Below, in pieces: positions 8,751 to 17,803 of a stretch of 64,000 nt of DNA (positions are counted from its first letter, which is position 1; the number at the start of each line of letters is the position of its first letter). The translations under genes were made by a program, and so were the position numbers. Location: positions 32,001 to 96,000 of the IMG/VR virus record IMGVR_UViG_3300046777_001715; one strand, given 5' to 3'. The notes below the pieces were generated by a model. That model was not told where the DNA came from. It made no database searches and saw nothing but the letters and a program-made list of their open reading frames with translations. The stretch comes from a virus.

Positions 8751-9187
8751 TGCCAATTACATCGATACCAGAGTCCATTGCCCCAGCGCTTTGGACATAC
8801 ACATACGTACAGGCACCAATTGATGGTCAGGGAAATACCTATTTCAACATTCCATCAGCAGTAGAATCAAAAGGAAACATTGCTGCAAATGGAACAGCTA
8901 CATGCAATATTGCAGCGTTTAACGTTTTTGCATTTACAGTTCTAGGTAATGCAACAGTAGCTTTTTCAAATATTCCATCAACTGGCAAAGCAGCATTTTG
9001 GCAAGTTGAAATTAAAGCTGGAGGATCATACTCAATTACATGGCCAGCAGCAATAAAGTGGGATGGTGGTGGAGCTTCTAACGTAGCACCACTTCTTTCA
9101 ACAAATACAACAGTACTTAATTTTTACACAAGAGACGGTGGAAACACGATTTACGGATCATACGCTTTCGCTGATCTAAACGTATAG
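8750..9187 (+). CDS. Fibre-associated beta protein, paralog of 962..1354
   Basis: GGSYSITWPAAIKW..G...AP.LS ... FYTRDGG. Confidence 0.6.
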   Translation: MPITSIPESIAPALWTYTYVQAPIDGQGNTYFNIPSAVESKGNIAANGTATCNIAAFNVFAFTVLGNATVAFSNIPSTGKAAFWQVEIKAGGSYSITWPAAIKWDGGGASNVAPLLSTNTTVLNFYTRDGGNTIYGSYAFADLNV

Positions 9188-9200
9188 GAGAAAAAAATAA

Positions 9201-10181
9201 ATGGCAGTCAATTCCACCACTAAGTTAACAGTTCTACCAGGTCTAGATACAACCATGCAGACAAACATGCAGGTTGCTTTAAACTCAAATGCTACATTGG
9301 CATCAGTTATTTCTGCAACTGGTGGAGTTTCGACAAAGCTACTTAAGCCAGTAACTGTAAAGTTTAACTCTACAGGAAACTGGACTCGTCCAGCAAATAC
9401 AATGTCTTCAGTTGAAGTTATTCTTGTCGGCGGTGGCGGAGGAGGCGGAGGCTGCCATGCTTCAGGTCACTCAGGCGGTGGCGGAGGAGGCGGACAGGTT
9501 ATCCGACGCTTTGTTGATATCTCAGCAACTGCTCCAGGACAGAACATCCTTGTCACAATCGGTGGCGGAGGAACAAACGTTTCTGGAAACTCAAATACAA
9601 ATGGCGGAAATGGCGCAAACTCAACATTTGGCACATATCTAACTGCAGGCGGTGGTGGTGGCGGTGGAGCTTATGGACAGGTTGGTGCACAAGGCACAGG
9701 AGGCTCATCTGGTGGTGGAGGATCTCGTGGAGACCACGCAGCAGGCGGTGGCGGTGGCGGAGCAGCCCAGACAGGCCAAAGAGGTTATTGCTTTATGAAT
9801 CATGCTTATTGGTATGTAAGACCAGGATATGGATCTTATACACCAACTGGTGCAAACGGTGGAGATGGTGCATCTTCTGGAGGAACTGGAATGGAATCTG
9901 GTTCTTCTTCAGATCAAAATTGCTGTGGCGGAAATGGCGGATACGGTCTTTACGGCTTCGGCGGAGGCGGCGGAGGCGGCGGAGACTACGGAGTTGGTTC
10001 AGGTTCTAACGGTGGTGGAAACGGTGGATCTCGTGTATCTTACTCACCTTATGGAAGAAGCGCTTCTCCAGGAATTAACGGTACAGGCGGTGGCGGAGGC
10101 GGTTGTTCAGACGGCGCTACTTCTGGCGTAGGTGGATCTGGAACCTGCTTAATCACATACTATATAAAAGAGAGCTCATAA
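9201..10181 (+). CDS. Glycine-rich adhesin-like protein (copy 2)
   Basis: Colinear paralog of 7426..8394. Confidence 0.7.
   Translation: MAVNSTTKLTVLPGLDTTMQTNMQVALNSNATLASVISATGGVSTKLLKPVTVKFNSTGNWTRPANTMSSVEVILVGGGGGGGGCHASGHSGGGGGGGQVIRRFVDISATAPGQNILVTIGGGGTNVSGNSNTNGGNGANSTFGTYLTAGGGGGGGAYGQVGAQGTGGSSGGGGSRGDHAAGGGGGGAAQTGQRGYCFMNHAYWYVRPGYGSYTPTGANGGDGASSGGTGMESGSSSDQNCCGGNGGYGLYGFGGGGGGGGDYGVGSGSNGGGNGGSRVSYSPYGRSASPGINGTGGGGGGCSDGATSGVGGSGTCLITYYIKESS
9639..9679 (+). repeat. 41-bp exact direct repeat, copy 2
   Basis: Identical to 7864..7904. Confidence 0.85.
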
Positions 10182-10182
10182 C

Positions 10183-10587
10183 ATGTACGCCGTAGTAAAA
10201 GACAATAAGGTTGTCGCATACGGCACAGTAGAACAGATACTTAATGTTTCTATTGGTGAGGCTGGGATTAAGGACGTAATCAAGGACAACGATCTAGTTG
10301 AGGTTGTAACCACAATTAAGTATGATTCTAACACAGAAAGATTGCTTTCAGTAGAGCCATATGTAGATGGAAAGAAAGTGTATTCTGTTAAAAAAGAAAA
10401 GCTTTCTCAAGAAGACATTAAGGCAAATATTGAAGCCCACGTAAATTTTGAACTTCTTTCAATGGAGGGCAGAAAAGACAAGGCAGCCAAGGACTATATA
10501 AAGGCGCTTGAATCTATTAAAAAGTCAGCAGAGACAATCTCAGAGATTGAATGGCCAAACAAGCCATTGGAGGAATCAGCAGAATAA
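10183..10587 (+). CDS. Fibre assembly chaperone-like protein
   Basis: MYA.V start and YIKALESI...IEWPNKP end parallel 1354..1854. Confidence 0.55.
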   Translation: MYAVVKDNKVVAYGTVEQILNVSIGEAGIKDVIKDNDLVEVVTTIKYDSNTERLLSVEPYVDGKKVYSVKKEKLSQEDIKANIEAHVNFELLSMEGRKDKAAKDYIKALESIKKSAETISEIEWPNKPLEESAE

Positions 10588-11315
10588 TGTTAGGTAATCA
10601 AAGATCTGTTTTTAGAAGAAATCGTTTTACACAAAGAGGACTACAGCTTTGGGTAGATGCAGCATTGCCAGGAACAGTTACAAGAGACGGTTCTAATAAA
10701 GTTTCTGTTTGGAGAGATAAGACTCTTAACGCTAGAAACTTTTCTCAACCTACAGCAGCTCAGCAGCCAACATATCTTCCTACTGGAATTAATGGTTTGG
10801 GAGCAGTTTACTTTGATGGAGCTGCATTTAATATGCCATTCTCAGACCAGGCCATGCCTTACATTGCAAACAGCTCATTTACAATTGCATATGTTGCAAC
10901 AAAAACAGCTGGAACAGCAAACCAATACGTAATTGGTGGACAAGGAACTGGAACAAGAAACAACCTTATTATGGGATATGTTTCAGCTAACACATATAAG
11001 TTTGGTCTAGGAAATGATGATCAGAACGCAATTGTTAACGTTGTTAATGCAGGTGTTCCAGAACTTTATCTAGTAACATTTGACTCAACAACATTTGAAA
11101 GAAGAATTAGAAGAAATACAGCAGACGAAGGTCTTGGAGCAGCATCTGGAGCACTTTCAGGAATGTCTGGACAAGCACTTGGAAAGTATCTATCATCATT
11201 TGGAAACTTTGCACTAGGAGAACTTTTAATTTATAACAGAGTGTTGACTGCATCTGAAATTTCAGGCGTTGAGCGTGACATGATGTCAAAGTGGTCAATT
11301 TCTTACGGTAGCTAG
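10587..11315 (+). CDS. LamG/concanavalin-A-like lectin-fold virion protein
   Basis: GLQLWVDAA ... VSVWRDK ... GAVYFDG ... GELLIYNRVLT ... MSKW; TAATG start at 10587. Confidence 0.7.
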   Translation: MLGNQRSVFRRNRFTQRGLQLWVDAALPGTVTRDGSNKVSVWRDKTLNARNFSQPTAAQQPTYLPTGINGLGAVYFDGAAFNMPFSDQAMPYIANSSFTIAYVATKTAGTANQYVIGGQGTGTRNNLIMGYVSANTYKFGLGNDDQNAIVNVVNAGVPELYLVTFDSTTFERRIRRNTADEGLGAASGALSGMSGQALGKYLSSFGNFALGELLIYNRVLTASEISGVERDMMSKWSISYGS

Positions 11316-11323
11316 GAGGGGCA

Positions 11324-11680
11324 ATGACAGTATCATATGAGTACTATTCTCCACAAAGATTTGGAGATCCTACTACACTTACAACAACCCCAGTAAATAT
11401 TTATACATTTGATGAAAAATCAATTATTAAGCAGCTACTTGTTTCAAATATTTTTAATGGCTTGCTAACGTTTTCTTTATATCTTGTACCTTCTGGCCAA
11501 GTTCTAAAAGAGCAGTACAAGCTTTTTGGAGATGTGCAGGTTGATGCAAATACAGTTTTAACAATTGACCTTAATCAGGTTGTATATGATGGTGAGGCTT
11601 TATATGCTCACGCAAATGTTGCTAATGGTCTAAACATGATTATTTCTGGAGTGGAAATATTTAATCCAGTTGAGTTATAA
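11324..11680 (+). CDS. Small virion beta protein, paralog of 7091..7408
   Basis: IKQLLVSN ... TIDLNQV ... ISGVE. Confidence 0.6.
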   Translation: MTVSYEYYSPQRFGDPTTLTTTPVNIYTFDEKSIIKQLLVSNIFNGLLTFSLYLVPSGQVLKEQYKLFGDVQVDANTVLTIDLNQVVYDGEALYAHANVANGLNMIISGVEIFNPVEL

Positions 11681-11704
11681 ACTAGGGTTAAATGGTGAAT
11701 ACCC

Positions 11705-13996
11705 ATGGCATACAGACAATATGGAAACGTAATAAATACACTAAATATAAAAGCTAAAAATATATTTAATTGGAACACTAATTATCCAGATACATACGGA
11801 TACACAAATTTAAACTCAGTAAATGCCCACACAATTATTAAAAGATCTGGAATTAAAGTTGCTACTGGTACAGGGCAACTTCTTGGATTCGTGCCTTCTT
11901 TAATTGGACTAAATTTTGACACAGCATCACTTATTCTTAGAAATGCTGGATTCACACCAGACCCAAACTATATATTTTCAAATAGTATAGGCTTTCAGCA
12001 ATATCTTGCTCAGGGTGGTTATGTTTCTGCACAGGCCCCCGCACCTTCATCATCTTCTGGAACACTTCTGGCTTTTGGTTCTAGCGTTAGAATGGACGTA
12101 ATCCTTTATACAACAAATCCAATTGATAACAGCACTGTTCCAAATGCACCGTTATGGTCAAACGCAACATCTGGAGATTCTTCTGTTACTTTAACATTTT
12201 TAACACCAGCAAACGGTGGCTCACCAATTACAAGATATGAATATTCTATAACAAACGGAGCAACTTGGATAAATGTAAATCTTCCAATAGATAACACGTT
12301 TACGGTTTCAAGTTTAAGTAATGGAGTTAATTACACTTTTTATATTAGAGCAGTTAATGCTAAAGGAAACTCTGCATCATCTTCTGGTGTAACTAAAGCT
12401 CCTAGCAGCGGAAGTGGTGGAGGTCAGCTAACTGTTCCAGGCGCACCAACATTTACAGTGTCATTTATTACCAACACATCATTTAGAATTGATTTAACTC
12501 CACCAACAAATAACGGCGGAGCAGAAATTATTAGATACCAGCATACATTAGATAATGGAGTTAGCTGGACAAATGATTTTACAAATACAGGACCAATTAC
12601 AGTTTCTTCATTAAGCCCAGGTTCAACTTTTCAGGTTGGATTAAGAGCTGTTAACTCTGTTGGAAGCGGAAATTCAAGTCCTATACAATCTGTATCAACA
12701 ACACAAGTAGTTCCAGATCTTACTGGTATATCTGTAAACTCAGCCAAATCAATTATTACAGCTTCTGGTTATGTATATGGAGATGGAACAATCTCTGCTT
12801 CAAATAACCAATTTTTTCTTGATTATCCTGGAGGGTATGTTACAGCACAATCTCCAACGGCAGGAGCAACCTTAGCTGGCGGCGGAACAGTAAGACTTGA
12901 CTTTACTCAATATTTGTCAGCACCATCTTTTGGAACGGTTCCAAACGTTATTGGCCTAACTCTTTCAGAGGCAGTTACAAGAATACAGCAGGCTGGATAT
13001 TCAAATATATCTTATGTTACAACTTCAGATCCAAACAGAGTCTATCAACAGATTTATGCACAAAACCCAGTTTCTGGAACAGCAGCACTTGTTAATACTC
13101 AAATTACAATTAGTTATTCAGATTATACTGGATCAATTGCAATTCCAACTAATACAGTTCTTCCAAGTATTACATATGACAATCTTTATATTGGCTCAAG
13201 ATTTGCTGCCGTTCCTGGATCTTGGACAGACAGCCCTACATCCTACGCATATCAGTGGTTTGACTCAAACGGAAACAATTTTATAAACGCCACAAGCGCA
13301 ACGTTTATTGCAGGTGCTTCAGCAATTTCTAGATCGGTAAGATTAAAGCTTGCAGCAACAAATGCAGTTGGAACAAGCTCATACGTTTCAGCATTAAATT
13401 CCTACGGACCAATTAAAGATTTATTTCAGCCAACATCAATTGAATATGGACTAACAAATCCAAGACAAAAAACACAGCTTAATATAAGATGGTCTGGAGG
13501 AGACGCTCCATTTTATTTTGTTGGTGTGTATAAACCAGGCACCTCTTCTTATGTAACAACTAGAATTGTTACAACAGAATCAGCTTCAATAACAGGACTT
13601 TTTGAAGGGACAAATTATTACATTCAAATTTTTGCCAACAATAACAATGAATATTCAACTGGTTCAAAAACAAGTCAAGTTTTGTCAACTGTGTATCCAG
13701 CCGCCTCAGCAACACCAGTTCTAAATACAGCCACAAAGTCTGGAAATGCAATTAATTTTACAGCAACAAAAGGTTCTAATACTGGAGCTCTTTATATGAT
13801 ATTGGAAACAACATCTGGGGGTTCCGTGTCTAATGCAGTTGCTCAATATTTTGGATATGATCAGTCCACAAACAGTGTTTCTGGTTCATACGATATAACA
13901 AATATTGAATCTGGAACATACAGGCTAACTGCTTATGGATGGAATGAAGACTACAATACTTCATTAGCTGGTTCTTCTGTACAACTTACGATATAA
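11705..13996 (+). CDS. PASTA + fibronectin type III multidomain virion-type protein
   Basis: Three PASTA-like repeats (VPSLIGL..., VPDLTGI..., VPNVIGL...AQNP..G) and FN3 motifs (P.NGGSPITRYEYS ... YTFYIRAVNAKG). Confidence 0.75.
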   Translation: MAYRQYGNVINTLNIKAKNIFNWNTNYPDTYGYTNLNSVNAHTIIKRSGIKVATGTGQLLGFVPSLIGLNFDTASLILRNAGFTPDPNYIFSNSIGFQQYLAQGGYVSAQAPAPSSSSGTLLAFGSSVRMDVILYTTNPIDNSTVPNAPLWSNATSGDSSVTLTFLTPANGGSPITRYEYSITNGATWINVNLPIDNTFTVSSLSNGVNYTFYIRAVNAKGNSASSSGVTKAPSSGSGGGQLTVPGAPTFTVSFITNTSFRIDLTPPTNNGGAEIIRYQHTLDNGVSWTNDFTNTGPITVSSLSPGSTFQVGLRAVNSVGSGNSSPIQSVSTTQVVPDLTGISVNSAKSIITASGYVYGDGTISASNNQFFLDYPGGYVTAQSPTAGATLAGGGTVRLDFTQYLSAPSFGTVPNVIGLTLSEAVTRIQQAGYSNISYVTTSDPNRVYQQIYAQNPVSGTAALVNTQITISYSDYTGSIAIPTNTVLPSITYDNLYIGSRFAAVPGSWTDSPTSYAYQWFDSNGNNFINATSATFIAGASAISRSVRLKLAATNAVGTSSYVSALNSYGPIKDLFQPTSIEYGLTNPRQKTQLNIRWSGGDAPFYFVGVYKPGTSSYVTTRIVTTESASITGLFEGTNYYIQIFANNNNEYSTGSKTSQVLSTVYPAASATPVLNTATKSGNAINFTATKGSNTGALYMILETTSGGSVSNAVAQYFGYDQSTNSVSGSYDITNIESGTYRLTAYGWNEDYNTSLAGSSVQLTI

Positions 13997-14005
13997 TGGA
14001 GAGAT

Positions 14006-15760
14006 ATGTCATACTATCTAAATGTAATAAAAGATAATCCACTAGGCCTCTGGCCACTGGATGAGTCTGTATTTACAACAGCAAATGATATCTCTGGGTG
14101 CGGAAACCACGGATTGTACAACGGAACATTTAATTCAAATATAATGCCACTGGTGTATGGAGGATCCTTTGCTACAAAAATTACCAACACCTCTTCTATT
14201 TCTTATAACACAAATAAAAACTTTTATAAAAACGTTGGATTTGGAGGCTTTGCAACATCCGAATATTCAGACAATGATTTTTCTTTAGAGATATGGTTTA
14301 AGCAGAATATATCTACCTCTGAGCTTACTCCAATTTTGGGAGATCCTACAAATTCTATCGGCTTGTTTTATAAAGACGGAAATATAATTTTTTCTTTAGG
14401 TGTGGAGTCTTTAACCCACAAACTTTCTTTTTCACAAAAATCAATGCATATTGTTGCCAAATATAATGTTCGCACAATGGAAATTTATATTGACGGTACA
14501 CTTGTGTCCTCAAAGTCTTTGTATAACTTTAAGTTTGCTAATACCTCGGTTTCATTTATTTCTGGCCCAACAACAAACGTTCTAGATAGCTTTCTTGTAG
14601 ATGCTCCAGCAATTTATAGATATGGACTTTCAGAAATGCAAGTCTACAAGCATTACTATGCTGGCCTAGATCATACTCAGCCAGTCCATGTTGTTGCTCC
14701 AGACGATGGTTTGCTTTTGGGATTGCATGGCCAAAACATTGCACCAATATTTGTTTATGAATATACTAAAGATTCTCAGTGGCAATTATTCTTAGATGAA
14801 AATACATATTATGACGAAAAGAAAAAATATATAGGATTTAATCAAACAGAAGCTGCAGAGCCTAAGCAATTTACAATTAATGATGTTTTCCACATACCAG
14901 CTGGAATACCAATTGTATCTTCCAAAGTTGAATGGAGGGGGGATAAAAATGTTTCTGTGGAAACATCTTTAGATGGCATAACTTATGAACCATGCATAAA
15001 TGGATCATCTCTTCCACAATTTAATAAAGAATCATACACTGGCAGCAACATACTTTATGTAAGAATAACTATGGTTACACAGGATGCTTCAAAAGATTTA
15101 CCAAGACTGTCTTTGTTTAAGATTTCTTTTTATTCTAAAAAAGAGTCCTATGCACATAATTATGGGTATTACGCAGAATCAAGCAAAGAATACGACCTTG
15201 CTAATTTTAGCTACCCAGTTTTACTTAGACACCCAAATGTAGGATTAAAGACAAAAGGAACTGGTGGATTTAATGTGTCTGTAGACCAAGAGATAAGATC
15301 AATTGAGTTTATGTTTACTCCGTCTTCTATTTCAAATAATACAGTTTTTTACTCTTCCCTATCTGGCTCATACCCAGAAACTAAATTTGGCTGGAATGGG
15401 TCTGGATCCCTTAAGTCTAATATATCTAAGGTTTATATAAATGGGGTAGACAAAACATCAGCCTCAAATATTCAAAATGAGTTTGTTGTGAATGAGCCAC
15501 ACCACCTAGTCCTTGTTTTTACAGACCCAATTTTAAATGTATTACAGTTTAATTATTTATCTTCCTCAAGTTATGGGCCAGCATGTAATTATCAGAACAT
15601 AGCTTTGTATAAATATGACCTATCTCAGGCATTAGTCTTAAATCACTACAACCTATATTGTGGCAAACCTGCTATCTCGTCGTCAGATTCGTCACTTCAG
15701 CTGACAGAATCTTCAGTATCAACCTACAACCAAGACTATTTAGTAGTCTCTAGCGCCTAA
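14006..15760 (+). CDS. LamG-domain minor structural protein
   Basis: DNPLGLWPLDE ... FSLEIWF ... HIVAKY ... IYIDG ... PAIYRYGLS, plus a second LamG-like C-terminal domain. Confidence 0.7.
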   Translation: MSYYLNVIKDNPLGLWPLDESVFTTANDISGCGNHGLYNGTFNSNIMPLVYGGSFATKITNTSSISYNTNKNFYKNVGFGGFATSEYSDNDFSLEIWFKQNISTSELTPILGDPTNSIGLFYKDGNIIFSLGVESLTHKLSFSQKSMHIVAKYNVRTMEIYIDGTLVSSKSLYNFKFANTSVSFISGPTTNVLDSFLVDAPAIYRYGLSEMQVYKHYYAGLDHTQPVHVVAPDDGLLLGLHGQNIAPIFVYEYTKDSQWQLFLDENTYYDEKKKYIGFNQTEAAEPKQFTINDVFHIPAGIPIVSSKVEWRGDKNVSVETSLDGITYEPCINGSSLPQFNKESYTGSNILYVRITMVTQDASKDLPRLSLFKISFYSKKESYAHNYGYYAESSKEYDLANFSYPVLLRHPNVGLKTKGTGGFNVSVDQEIRSIEFMFTPSSISNNTVFYSSLSGSYPETKFGWNGSGSLKSNISKVYINGVDKTSASNIQNEFVVNEPHHLVLVFTDPILNVLQFNYLSSSSYGPACNYQNIALYKYDLSQALVLNHYNLYCGKPAISSSDSSLQLTESSVSTYNQDYLVVSSA

Positions 15761-15805
15761 TTTTGTCATTTTAGTTGACAAGATATGGACTTATATAACA
15801 TGAAA

Positions 15806-15814
15806 TGGTAAAAT
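15806..15814 (+). promoter_or_regulatory. Extended -10 promoter (TGGTAAAAT), leaderless transcript
   Basis: ATG 15821 lies 7 nt after the -10; no SD. Confidence 0.6.
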
Positions 15815-15820
15815 AAAACA

Positions 15821-16156
15821 ATGGACATTAAAAGCATGAAGAAGCAGATCGTCGAAGAGACGACTTTGGGCATTTACGTATGGGAAATGCCAGATGGACG
15901 ATGGATTGGTGACGACGACGGCAACTTCCTTTCTGTTACTTCAATGAAGGGCAACCGTGTAAAAATGGACATGCTTGCCAGAGAAGTCCGATCTTACGGA
16001 ATTTATGAGGGGCAGCCAAAATTTCTTTCTGGTCGCAGAAAAATTGACGACGAAGAATTTGAGTATCAAAAGCAAAGACTTGAGTGGGGCCTAGTTCCAG
16101 ATCAGTTAGATATTGGCGTCTATAAAGACGAAATGAAAAAGGCAGGAAATAGATGA
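15821..16156 (+). CDS. Hypothetical protein preceding portal
   Basis: 111 aa; ATGA-coupled to the portal gene. Confidence 0.65.
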   Translation: MDIKSMKKQIVEETTLGIYVWEMPDGRWIGDDDGNFLSVTSMKGNRVKMDMLAREVRSYGIYEGQPKFLSGRRKIDDEEFEYQKQRLEWGLVPDQLDIGVYKDEMKKAGNR

Positions 16157-17745
16157 AAGCTCAATACGAAGAAGACACAGAGTCCCTAGAAAACGAAATC
16201 AGATTAAGCACATATGCTGACATGGTTCGTTTTACAAAAGCTCAGGAGTCTGGATCTCCAGACGAGTTTAAGATTTCTGCAGAAGAGATGCAGAAGATGT
16301 CTGGAATGTCTCCAGCGTTTAGAAGAAAGCTTAGCAGAGAACTTTCAAAAGCTTTTACTGGAAAAGATGGGGCGGAAACACAGCAGAGCCTTTTAGCACA
16401 AGCAATCACAGGGTATGCATTCCTTGATGTTATTGAGCCAGTATATAACCTAGAATACCTTTCAAGACTTTACGAAATCTCTACATATAATTATGCAGCA
16501 TGTAATGCTAAAACCTCAAACATTGTTGGTCTAGGATATCAATTTTTAGAAACAAGAAAAACAAACGATGCGCTTGATGGAATCAGCGATGAGAAGCAGT
16601 TGGAAAGAGCACGTAGAAAGCTTTCAAAGCTTAAGCAAGATCTTCAAGACTGGCTAGATCAGTGCAACAGTGAAGACACATTCCAAGAAACTCTGATTAA
16701 AGTCTGGACAGATTACGAAGCAACAGGTAACGGATACTTAGAAGTTGGCAGAACTGTTCGTGGAGACATTGGATATATTGGACATATTCCAGCAAAGACA
16801 ATGAGAGTCCGAAGACTAAGAGACGGATTTGTTCAGCTTCTTTTTGGTAAGATTGTTTTCTTTAGAAACTATGGAGACCAAGAAACCCCTAATCCAATTT
16901 TGGGTGGGAATGACAGGCCTAATGAAATTATTCACCTTAAGAAGTACACTCCAGTAAATCAATACTATGGAGTGCCAGACATTGTTGCAGCCCAAAACTC
17001 TTTGGCTGGAAATGAATTTGCTGCAAAGTACAACCTTGACTATTTTGAGAATAAAGCGGTTCCAAGATATATTATTACAGCAAAGGGAGCAAAGCTTTCA
17101 CCAGAGTCAGAAAGAAAGCTTCTAGAGTTTTTCCAAGTTGGACTTAAGGGAAAAAATCACAGATCCCTGTATATTCCTCTTCCAGCAGATACTCCAGAAT
17201 CTAAGGTTGAATTTAAGATGGAGCCAATTGAGGCTGGCACACAGGAAGGCTCATTTGATAAATACCGTAAGGCAAATAGAGATGAAATGCTATTGGCTCA
17301 CCGTGTTCCAATTAACAAGGTTGGAACTCCAGAGGGGGTTAATTTAGCGGTAGCCCGTGATGCAGATAAGACATTTAAAGAGCAGGTATGTCGTCCAGCA
17401 CAGATGAGACTTGAAAAGAAATTAAATGCAATTATCGAAGAAAAGACGGATGCTCTAGTAATTAAATTTAATGAGTTAAGTCTTACTGATGAAGATACTC
17501 AGTCTAAGATTGACGAGAGATATTTGAGAATGCAGGTAATTACCCCTAATGAAGTTAGAATTAGAAAGGGTATGATCCCTCTAGACGGAGGAGACGAAGT
17601 CGTAGATTTAAAGGGTGAAGCTGCTGCAGAGCAAACAGCTCAGGCTGGAAAAACTAGAGCCAGAGATGGAGAAAGAGCAGCAAATTCCCCAGATAAATCT
17701 GGAGAAGGTAGAAATGCAAAGGGCGACGGAAGGCAAGTAGAGTAA
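16153..17745 (+). CDS. Portal protein
   Basis: DYEATGNGYLEV ... NEIIHLK ... YYGVPD ... YFENKAVP ... ITPNEVR motifs; upstream of protease and capsid. Confidence 0.92.
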   Translation: MKAQYEEDTESLENEIRLSTYADMVRFTKAQESGSPDEFKISAEEMQKMSGMSPAFRRKLSRELSKAFTGKDGAETQQSLLAQAITGYAFLDVIEPVYNLEYLSRLYEISTYNYAACNAKTSNIVGLGYQFLETRKTNDALDGISDEKQLERARRKLSKLKQDLQDWLDQCNSEDTFQETLIKVWTDYEATGNGYLEVGRTVRGDIGYIGHIPAKTMRVRRLRDGFVQLLFGKIVFFRNYGDQETPNPILGGNDRPNEIIHLKKYTPVNQYYGVPDIVAAQNSLAGNEFAAKYNLDYFENKAVPRYIITAKGAKLSPESERKLLEFFQVGLKGKNHRSLYIPLPADTPESKVEFKMEPIEAGTQEGSFDKYRKANRDEMLLAHRVPINKVGTPEGVNLAVARDADKTFKEQVCRPAQMRLEKKLNAIIEEKTDALVIKFNELSLTDEDTQSKIDERYLRMQVITPNEVRIRKGMIPLDGGDEVVDLKGEAAAEQTAQAGKTRARDGERAANSPDKSGEGRNAKGDGRQVE

Positions 17746-17765
17746 GGATTTTAGTCAATCATTAT

Positions 17766-17794
17766 TTGCCTTTTTAAGCACAGATTGATAAACT
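17766..17794 (+). promoter_or_regulatory. Housekeeping-sigma promoter TTGCCT-17-TAAACT (with TGn extension)
   Basis: Intergenic, 17-bp spacer, ATG 10 nt downstream with no SD. Confidence 0.5.
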
Positions 17795-17803
17795 TTATAC
17801 AGT

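Noticed and set aside
7426-10181. Diversity-generating retroelement (TR/VR pair)
   Set aside because: No reverse transcriptase in the window, differences are not adenine-specific, and both copies are full genes.
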